From Paraspadella gotoi (lineage: Eukaryota; Animalia; Chaetognatha): 64,000 bases of DNA. The notes beneath the pieces are model-generated. The model saw only the letters and a list, made by a program, of their open reading frames with translations. It was not told the DNA's origin and made no database searches. This document shows, one piece after another, positions 36,801 through 47,729 of this stretch; position 1 is the stretch's first letter, and every line of letters starts with the position of its first letter. A program made the translations under genes and the position numbers. Location of the stretch: contig CM119263.1 of NCBI GenBank assembly GCA_051294375.1, positions 27,490,568-27,554,567 on the forward strand. The letters run 5' to 3'.

Positions 36801-39800
36801 AAACTAATTGTACAGAACTTAACCATTTTTTTCGAATTTCTTTGCAATAATTGACTATGATTTGAAACGGACAGATAGACCTGACAATACCGCCGCGTTT
36901 GGATCGAGATGAAAGGCCGCCCATGTAGCCCTGTCGGATGTACATCAAGCCAGGGGGCAACTTGTGGGGTTCGAAGACGGTGTCTCCGCGAACGAAGTTG
37001 GCCGTCTCGAACTGATAGGCCAAGCAGAGCTGGATACGTGCGCCTAGATCCTGCAAAAAGCAAAGGAAATATAATTTTCTAAGGTGGAAATGTAGCTTAA
37101 AATATCATTTATACTTGTTTTTATAAATCTTTGAATCTTATTTTTTATACACCATCATTTATTTTCGGCACGCTTTGCAACAATCCCCCATTGCAGAACA
37201 AATGCATACAATTATTAAAATCATTCTCTCATATACAAATCTGGTCAAAAAAAGTTTAAACTTTGAACCCCCTACTATCTCGCTTGTCTGTCGTCCTATT
37301 AATTGAAACTTGGGTTCATTTAAAAGCCAAGACAAATATCTTTAGTTTTGGCGCTGATGAAGACTAGAAATAAAAGTCGAAACATACACGTCTTTCCTTG
37401 AAAATAAAAATCTCGTCGTTGAATGAAATAAAAACAAACGCAACGAAAGAAAGGATCCTATATATATTATAATATTCATATATATTCTTTCATACGTGTT
37501 GTAATTTGTTGATTACTTTTCTCGCCCATTATTTTATTATTGACATTTTCGTGTCAAGGAATAGCTCAATCCCTTCCAGTGCCTGAAACAGCCTGATTCC
37601 GTCTGCAAAATCTTGAGCAGAGTCGAGAACATGACAGATCTTGATAAGCGGGCGGGAGTCGCCTGCGAAAGGCTTCAGTCTCGATCATGTGGTGCGTCTC
37701 TGTCGCTTGAAAGACGCGGCAGTAACTCTTGATCATGGCGCTAGGTGGAGAGTGGGGGGCACGTTCGAGCGAAGCGGCGTGAGTGGAGACGCACCTGATC
37801 CTCGGTGCTCGAACTTTGCCATCGCCAAACGTGGTCTCGCCGGGCCTCGTCCGCCATTCTCGTCCTGCCTGGCCGCCTACGACTGATGCGCGGTGTTAGT
37901 GCCTCCGGTGGGACCCCAATGGCGTATATATTCTGACCCGGGCCTGGACCAAGTGAGGAAGAAGAGGGAGAGCGAGTAGGAAGGAGATGATGGGAGGGGG
38001 AGGGAGATAGGTGAGACGCGAGGAGGGAGGAGGGGGGNNNNNNNNNNNNNNNNNNNNNNNNNGCCATGATCAAGAGTTACTGCCGCGTCTTTCAAGCGAC
38101 AGAGACGCACCACATGATCGAGACTGAAGCCTTTCGCAGGCGACTCCCGCCCGCTTATCAAGATCTCGTCATGTTCTCGACTCTGCTCAAGATTTTGCAG
38201 ACGGNNNNNNNNNNNNNNNNNNNNNNNNNNNNNNNNNNNNNNNNNNNNNNNNNNNNNNNNNNNNNNNNNNNNNNNNNNNNNNNNNNNNNNNNNNNNNNNN
38301 NNNNNNNNNNNNNNNNNNNNNNNNNNNNNNNNNNNNNNNNNNNNNNNNNNNNNNNNNNNNNNNNNNNNNNNNNNNNNNNNNNNNNNNNNNNNNNNNNNNN
38401 NNNNNNNNNNNNNNNNNNNNNNNNNNNNNNNNNNNNNNNNNNNNNNNNNNNNNNNNNNNNNNNNNNNNNNNNNNNNNNNNNNNNNNNNNNNNNNNNNNNN
38501 NNNNNNNNNNNNNNNNNNNNNNNNNNNNNNNNNNNNNNNNNNNNNNNNNNNNNNNNNNNNNNNNNNNNNNNNNNNNNNNNNNNNNNNNNNNNNNNNNNNN
38601 NNNNNNNNNNNNNNNNNNNNNNNNNNNNNNNNNNNNNNNNNNNNNNNNNNNNNNNNNNNNNNNNNNNNNNNNNNNNNNNNNNNNNNNNNNNNNNNNNNNN
38701 NNNNNNNNNNNNNNNNNNNNNNNNNNNNNNNNNNNNNNNNATAGTAGGGGGTTCAAAGTTTAAACTTTTTTTGACCAGATTTGTATATGAGAGAATGATT
38801 TTAATANNNNNNNNNNAGATTTTGCAGACGGAGATCAGGCTGTTTCAGGCACTGGAAGGGATTGAGCTATTCCTTGACACGAAAATGTCATAATAAAAAA
38901 TAATGGGGCGAGAAAATGTAATCAACAAATTACAACGTATGAAAGAATATATATGAATATTATAATATATATAGGATCCTTTCTTTCGTTGCGTTTGTTT
39001 TTATTTCATTCAACGACGAGATTTTTATTTTCAAGGAAAGACGTGTATGTTTCGACTTTTATTTCTAGTCTTCATCAGCGCCAAACTAAAGATATTTGTC
39101 TTGGCTTTTAAATGAACCCAAGTTTCAATTAATAGGACGACAGACAAGCGAGATAGTAGGGGGTTCAAAGTTTAAACTTTTTTTGACCAGATCTGTATAT
39201 GATTTTGAGAATGATTTTAATAATTGTATGCATTTGTTCTGCAATGGGGGATTGTTGCAAAGCGTGCCGAAATAAATGATGGTGTATAAAAATAAGATTC
39301 AAAGATTTATAAAAACAAGTATAAATGATATTTTAAGCTACATGTCCACCTTAGAAAATGATATTTCCTCTTAATCCCTTCGCTTTTTGCAGGATCTAGG
39401 CGCACGTATCCAGCTCTGCTTGGCCTATCAGTTCGAGACGGCCAACTTCGTTCGCGGAGACACCGTCTTCGAACCCCACAAGTTGCCCCCTGGCTTGATG
39501 TACATCCGACAGGGCTACATGGCGGCCTTTCATCTCGATCCAAAACGCGGCGGTATTGTCAGGTCTATCTGTCCGTTCAAATCATAGTCAATTATTGCAA
39601 AGAAATTCGAAAAAAATGGTTAAGTTCTGTACAATTAGTTTTAGTGGCTTTTTTTCAAATTTTTTTACTTTATTGTAATATAAATTTTAATGGTTCTAAA
39701 TAGGGGCGGCGAGAGGGGATCACCCTCGACTCAGGTGAGGGGCTCGGGAGGTCCCCTGAGAAGAGAGGGGAAAAGAAGAAAAAAAGAAGAAAATAAAAAT

Positions 39801-42800
39801 AAAAAAGAAAAAAAAATAAGGAAAATATTTAAGGGAAGTTTGAGTACTGGAGCAATTTTCAAGACAGAAAGTCGGTAATCGAAAACTAAAAACTAAAATT
39901 GTGGAGAGTGAGGGGGGGGGCGGCCAGGGTGCCAGTGGTAGGCACGCCATTTCTCGCCGCCCCTGATTCTAAATAATACGAAATAACACAATCACAATTA
40001 ATGACAATAATGGAAAAAGATTAAGACGATTTAGTTTTTTATAACAATATAAAAGCCATAAAATTTGTGTTCTCTTCATTTAGTATGTACAGCGTATACA
40101 AATATTACTGACAAATGACCAATTGACCAGTGGCCATCGATTACTTCACTTTCACATTCTTGACTCTTGTGATTCCGTGACCCCAGGCTTCACACGGGCG
40201 ATTTTTTCGGTGAACTTAGCCTCAGCTTCAACTTCGTGTCTCCGGTGCTGATCAAAGCGACAACGGACTGCGAGGTCTTCGTTCTCTACAAGCATCACTA
40301 CCTCAAGGTCCTCCCGCTGTTGCCTCAGTACATCCAAGCGCGTATCGTGGAGAACCACGCAGATATCATCAACACCCTCGCCTGTCGCTATCACGAGCGC
40401 ATGGTAGTCAAGCGACCCAGGATATTCCCTCAGGTGTTAGTAGCGTCTTTTTATGAAATAAAAATAATAATAATAATAATTATAATATGTTTAATGTTAA
40501 AAAAACTCACTTAATTTCTCCTTAATAAACCACGCCTACATCCTTCGTTGATATCAATAATCAAAATACCAAAGATATTAGAACGGTATTTGCTTTAATT
40601 ATTAAACAAGAATGGTAATTCAAATGTTTTGCGCCAGGGTGACTGCCTTATGACATGTATTTCTTGTGAAATGACATAACATGAAGTTACATGACATGAA
40701 TACATGATTACAATTACTTATTAACTTTTTTCGCCCTTGTATTTAAGACATGCACTGTATCAAAAGGTTTTTTTTCTGTCTTAACAAATGAGCAACCAAC
40801 TATAAGCAAATTTTATGCATTTTTAATGTAAGTGTAACAGACCGACGGACAGACATACCGAACGACAGACCGACCAAAAAGTGACTTATAGAGTTGCTCC
40901 GCGAGTACTCGCGGCACAACTTAAAAGCACAATTCTTTGAATGTCCCTCATTCCTCGTTTCTATTCACACAGGCTTCGCGCGACTACCACAAAGGAAAAG
41001 GCCTCTCTCTCTCCAAGCTCGGCCTCAAGTTGGGTTCGGAGAATGAGGGCGGCGCCCTCTTCGCCAGGATTCACGATATGATGCCGAGTTACAAGAGATG
41101 GACCTACGCCATGGCCATTATCGGGATTATTGCTGCGGGTGAGGGAATGATGAGATTATGATTTATATTCTTAGATTTGATTAAGTAATTAAGTGAAAGA
41201 ATTAAGACTAAGTGTAGATAAACTATAAAAATTAATATCCAAACAAAAAAAAAGATAATTATTTTGATATTGAAAACAGTTCTTGAAATCTTTTTAAATA
41301 AAAAGATATTTCATAAAAATTAGCGAAGTTTGATGTCCAACTCTTTTTATTTCAGCTTTGACCTTCATCGACATCAACCCGTGCGACATCTACGACGTTA
41401 TCATTCCCTGCAATCCTTACAGCCTCTTCCAATGTCGCTTCAACTTCGATGTTCAAGATCCCTACTTCGACCTCATTCTCTCCAGCATCATCGGCGTGCT
41501 CCTCTTCCTTCTCACTCTCGTCTTCATCATCGACGCCATCATCGTGCTCATCGCGGGCATCAACACTCCCTACGGGATCATCGGCGGCACAGAGGCGCTC
41601 AAGATCAAGCTGGGCAAGAAGAAGGGTCAAGAGAACTACATCAAACTCGTCGCCCCGCTCTACGTCGGCCTCAAAGTCATGCGCTTCAAGGACATGATCA
41701 AGGATTGCATGGTCTTTAGCAAACTCTTGGTCCTTGCTGTCGTCCTTCTGCTCATTCTGATCGTCATGGCATGTCACTATGGCGCTCGCGCCATAGAGAA
41801 TCAAGCGCGCGTCATTTGGGAAGAGGGAATGTGCAATTACATGGACAAAGAATGGACCACCAATTACACCTTGGTCAAAAATAAGCTCATGAGTTTGGCC
41901 TTTGATTACGACATCAAAGGATTTCTCAACATCAGCCATTTACAAGAGAACGCTACGAGATGTAATGCGACAGAGTCTATGATTTGGGATCCATTGTGCG
42001 TTAATTATCTCCCGATGACGCCGAAAATCAAGGAATGCATAACGAACATTACGGCTCATCCCCATTGCGAGGAGATGAGTCATTTTCATCGGGACATTGT
42101 TTTCTTGAATTATTCTGTAGGACTTTGCAACAATACCTATCGCAAACTGATAACGGAAGGTCTCGGAGCGGAGGGTGAGAAACTCGGGATATATGAATCG
42201 CTATACCAACGATATCTCAGGGTTTTGTACGAACTGCTCACCATCGCCGCTGCCGAAGGTAGCGACGTGACTGCGTATTACGTCACCGACAATGGAAGGT
42301 ACTACAGCCTCGTAATCGTCATCATATCCGGCATAATCTTTCGAGGACTCATCGATGCTTATTTGTTGACCAAATACACTCAAGAATATTCCCAGACGAT
42401 TCACGTGTACAAACGTCTGAAAAGACTGAGCAATCATTTGAAAAATGCCGGCACCAGCGTCCATGCCCGGGACAACGTCTACGATTTCCTCAGCGCCTGT
42501 TTCATGGACTTTCACCAGATTACAATTCCCGAGGAAGCGGTGCTGCTTCACTCTCTTCCCGTCAGGCTGAAGCGTTTCGCCCTGGAAAAGAAACTATTTT
42601 TGTCCATCAAACTCTTTCACAGCAGAGAATATATGATGCAAGTGATGAACACCTCCCGCGAATACTTTTTTCCGCCCGGCATCTGCTGCACCTACGAGGG
42701 TGATCTGGACGCCAGCCTCATGCTCATCATTCGCGGTCATTGCGTGGAGATCGACGAGTTTGGGAATTACTATATCCGCGGTCCCGGCGACGTCATTGGG

Positions 42801-45748
42801 CTGACCAGCCTGTGGACGGGGCACCAATCGTCCACGGTGCTTTGCTTCACTTTCGTCCAGTGCTTCGTCATCCCCAAGAGAGTCCTCGTGAACGCCATGG
42901 AAATTTTACCATGTTTGAAGCGCTACGTCGTCCCGGCTTTTATCGAGTCTTCGCCAGTCATGGTCACTTCAAACATGCGGATCGACGATTTTAAAGTGGA
43001 ATACGGCGTCAGCTATGGAGACTCCTCCTTCATCAAAGAGGCGTTAAAAAAGTTCAGACTCTCCAACATTGTGAATAAGGTTTTTTTCCGAGCGCCGTCC
43101 AAGAAGCATTGGAACGTCGCCCACAAGATCTTCCTGCTCAACATCACCTTCAATCCGTTCACCAAAGCCGGCGACGCCTATCTCATTGTCAAGGCCCTCC
43201 TCCTCGTCCTCAGCATCTTCGTGTCCTCGGCCGAGTTGGGATTTTTGATGATGGGCGGAATATCGTTGGCCACTTGCGAGATTTGCGACATCATCATCAT
43301 CCTCATGACCTACATCGACTGGCACATGATGTACTACAATCACGAGGGGGTCATCATCAAGGACAGCGTCTTGACCTGCAAGAACTGGATGAGGAACAAG
43401 AGCTTTTGGGGATTTTTGACTTCGTTTCCCTTCGAAGTTATTTTGATCTTTATCGATTTGGAGATCGTCGACGACAATCGAGTCTTGTACGCCGGGTTCA
43501 AATTCGGTTTCCGATTTTTGCGCTATTTGCCCTACATGAACACGGTCGCCGCTTTGAGGAAATTGCATCCTGACTGGACGAGAACGCTGATTATTTGCAA
43601 ATCGGTCATCAATATCTTACTCGTCTTGCATCTTTTCGCGCTTTGGTGGTTTTTGGTTCAGTGTCATCCCAAAGGTGAGTGAATCGACAGTTTTTTTATC
43701 GTAAAATTAGTTTTTTTTTTGTTTTTTTTTAATTATAAAATTATATAATTTACTCTTCTTCCTGTAAAATAATGACATTTCTGTAATAGCCAAGTTCCAT
43801 TAAAGATATATGTGTTGTGTAGATGCACCCTCGATTTCCCGAAGACCACACGATCCGAAACAGGGAAATAAAATCATAAATATAGTTATTTTTAAATCTA
43901 AAAAAAAATAATTTTGCAACTTTCATAAAGATAGTGAAACAAGTAATTTTCAAAAAAAAAAATTAAATGACTTAAAAAATAAAGAAAAATGTTTCCCTTC
44001 CCAGTGGAGACAGTCGTGCAAGAGGGAGTCTCGAAAACGCTGGAGTATTGCAACCTTCCGTCATGGTCGCGACGCTTCTACGACAAGCGACTCCTCGACG
44101 TCATATATGACGAAAGAAGTGAAGTCAGTGACAACGACCACAACCAGCCATTCCTCAGGAAACAACCCGAATGCGATTGCAACGACTGTTCTTGCAATGT
44201 CCCCTGGCGTCTTCTTTGGGACCGGTGATGATGATTTTTGAACATTTTAGTTTCCGATATCTTTTCCCCGTGCGTCCCATTTCTGCTTCTTCATCCCGCA
44301 ATTTTATATTAACCTTAATAATTAACTTGAATACATTCTTAAGTTAATCTTATAACCTAATTCCTAATCTTGAACCTTAACCTAATACTACACCCTCACC
44401 ATTTTTCCCTTATTTCCTAACCTTAATCCTTAATCCTAATTATTAACTTAATCTCTAACCTTTTTACCTTTAACTTAATTAGTAACTCAAATTTAAGTTC
44501 TCAGAAAAAAAGCCAAATTTTTTTTTATAAAAAAAACTGTTATAGGAAATCCTATTTTTTTCATTATATTATTACATTATTTTACTCTCAATCATATTAT
44601 CCATTATATCTACAATACCGTTTTTACTGATAATTATTTCTTAATAGTTATTTCTTTACTTTATTACCTCAAAGAACCTCTCCCTTCATCCACGCAGCTA
44701 CCTCACCTCTGGCTACCAGAATCTTTTAGAAGGCGAAGGCCGCAGCGCGATCCTCCTTCGAAGCGACCGTATCGACCCCTTTGAGTATTATGGCATCTCC
44801 ATCTACTGGGCGGCCCAGTCAGTTGGCACCATCGGCCTCGGAGACATCAACATCCTCGACCACGAGGAGATGCTGTGGTCCTACTTCCTGCTCATGGTCG
44901 GCGTCTTCTGGTACGCCTTCTGCATCGCCGAGCTAACCGCCGTGCTGGTCGTATTCGACGAGGCGCAGGCGCAGATCTATATTCTCGTGGCGGAGCAGCG
45001 CAGCTATCTCAACAGCAAAAAGCAGCACGAGATGCTGAAACGGGTCACGCAGGCTGAAGAAATGCGGTTTGCCTCCAAGGCGAGGATCGGGTTTTTATAT
45101 ATGAAATTTGTACACCGAATTGAAAAATCATACATTCATTTATTGAATCTTGCCGATTCTGTATGTTTTTGAATTTAATATTAACTAATAAATCAAAAAT
45201 TCTGGAATTAAATAAGATTTGATAAGTGTTTTAAAAAAAAGTTGAAAAGACGGGACGTTCTCCTAAAAAGATATACCGGAGATTTCTTTCTTATTATACA
45301 ATTTACCTAATATTGACGAAACCTTTTATTTACGGTTAAATTATTTTTTCTTTACCCAACTTTCCCCCCCCCATCTATCCCTAGGTATATCTTCTGGAAA
45401 ACGAGCGCGAGAACCTCCCGCGCTCCCTCTACTCTCAGATCTGTCTCGAGAGCATCAAGAACGTCCTGCCGATCCTAGTGGGCGGGGATTCGAACCTTAC
45501 CCGTGGTCAACTGCGTCTTCTGGCGCGGCGGCTGAAGCGGGTTATCATTCCCCGCGGGGATTTCGTCATCCGGGACCAGGATCTCATTTCTGGCATATTC
45601 ATTTTGGTCGAGGGCTTTTGCAAGGTCAAGTACAATCCCGGAGGTTTGGGCAAAGAACGAGTCGACGACGATTTCGACGACGTCGCCACCCTCGTTAATT
45701 ACAACGACAATGCTCCTACTTCTGGAGCAAAGGTGATTGGGAGGGAGG

Positions 45749-45785
<37 letters not shown>

Positions 45786-47649
45786 AGAGAGAGAGAGAGA
45801 GAGGACAGAGAGAGAGAGAGAGAGAGACAGAGAGAGAGAGAAATGGTACAATAGAATTTCTTGAACGACTAACAATTTCCATGTATGAAATTGATACAGC
45901 CATAATAAAAATTATCCATTAATTTAATAAATAAGCTATCCTGTCCCTGAATTCGGTTAACCGTTAAGCCCTCCGTCCTTCTTACGAGATAATAATAATA
46001 TAATAATATAATAATAATAATAATATAATAATAATAATAATATTCACGATCGATTTCAACCCGCAATCCCGCGCAGAAGGAAACGGACGACGGCGACCTC
46101 ACCGAAGAAGAGTTGGAAATGATCATGAGGTCGGCAGAGTTCGCGGCGCCGAGCGAATTGGACCCTGGCGCCTGTTTCGGCGTCACGGGTCACAACGACT
46201 ACGAATTCTGGAACGGAAACATCGTCGCCAAAGTCCCTTGTCAGGTGAGTGAATTGGGAATAAGTCTAGTAAGATGTTGATGTCAATATATGTATTGTAA
46301 TTTTGGCACTTTTTTTCTAAGAAGCTCCCTTGCTGCGGCTCCTGAAGCAACGGACTCACACATGCACAAAAATCGTATCTTTTGCTACTTCCATCCTCGT
46401 TTTATGCGTCACTTCTTTTGTCGTAGCTCTCGCCGTCGCTGCTGCTTCCTCCATCGATCAAATTATCGTCGTCGTTTCTGTCGATCCCAATCCTGACGGA
46501 GATTTATTTCTTTCTCTCGCTGAGTCACCCAGCAAGCCAGAATTTTGTTGCAAAAGTAGTGTCGGGAAAAATGACCCTAACCCTAATCCCAACCCTAATC
46601 CCTAACCCTAATCACAACCCTAATTCCTAACCCTAATCCCTAATCCCAACCCTAATCCCTAATATCTATCCCCTAAACTAACCTTATCCCTAACCAACAC
46701 CCTAAACAATTAATCCTTTGTTCAAATTATCGTCGTCGTTTTTGTCGATCCCGATCCAGCCAGAGAGAGACCCAGAGAGATTCGCTGCTCCGTCATATGG
46801 CAAGGGAGCATCGATGATTAAAAAGGCCGAACATTCAGTAAAAATACAGTTATTACTCAATTTGTGTTCTCCGGTTACTTAAAATAACTGTTTTATATCC
46901 CTGAAACGAGGGCCATGACTTAATTGTTACATACTTTCTGGAAAAATTACCTATAGGTGATCCTTTCGAGATGAAAGTTGACCGACGGTTAAACATTGAG
47001 ATGATTGGTGACTTTGTAAAGATCTAGTACTTACAACAATTTCTTAACAACGTTTCTGGCCAATCATTTCTCAAGGCGATGATTCTGACCTACGAAAACA
47101 TCAAGGATATGAAAGAGGAATACGGAAACGAGTTCGTGGAGGTGCTGCAGACTCTCTATCAGAACGTGGAGATCAGCATCGCCAAGGTGATGCTTCACAT
47201 CAAGGCCGTGGAGTCGGCGAGGCTGAAGGTGTTGCGCTCCAAAGCCAAGATGTTGCGGAGAGACTACACCTCCGTCACCGAGGGTGACACTGAGCTACAC
47301 CTGGAAGAGGGAGGATTTTGCAAGAGGAAGAGGGAGGCGTATATCACGAGGAGAAACGGTGAGGGAAGGAGAGAAGGATAGAGAGTTTGAGCAAACAACG
47401 CCGGATCTGCCCACGGCCATTAGCGGTAAGCAGATAATCAGTAAATTAATTAATTAATCATTTAATTAATTAATTAATTTGATATGTTAGCGATGAGCAG
47501 CTGATCAGATAATTAATTAGTTGTGAGTCGATCTCTACTACAAGCTGAATAAATAAATTAATTATTAATTAATTAACTATGTGAATTGTATAGCCGGAAT
47601 CTATTATTATTAAAAAACTTAGATTATGAAAAGAAGAAGGACAACAAAA

Positions 47650-47729
<80 letters not shown>

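Larger units (their letters stand above)
36271..40167. repeat. Long inverted repeat (arms ~36271-37740 and ~38063-40167) spanning N gaps
   Basis: agagtcaagaatgtgaag at 36271 is the reverse complement of the sequence ending at 40167; near-identity wherever checked along the arms. Confidence 0.9.

Noticed and set aside
38066-38893. 275-aa ORF and other X-containing ORFs (663, 1702, 2142, 38187)
   Set aside because: Their length is inflated by N gaps; only the flanks of the 38066 ORF are real exon sequence.
41352-43573. Antisense and alternative-frame ORFs overlapping the large channel exon (also over Robo exons)
   Set aside because: Shadow ORFs expected from GC3-rich codon usage; no recognisable motifs.
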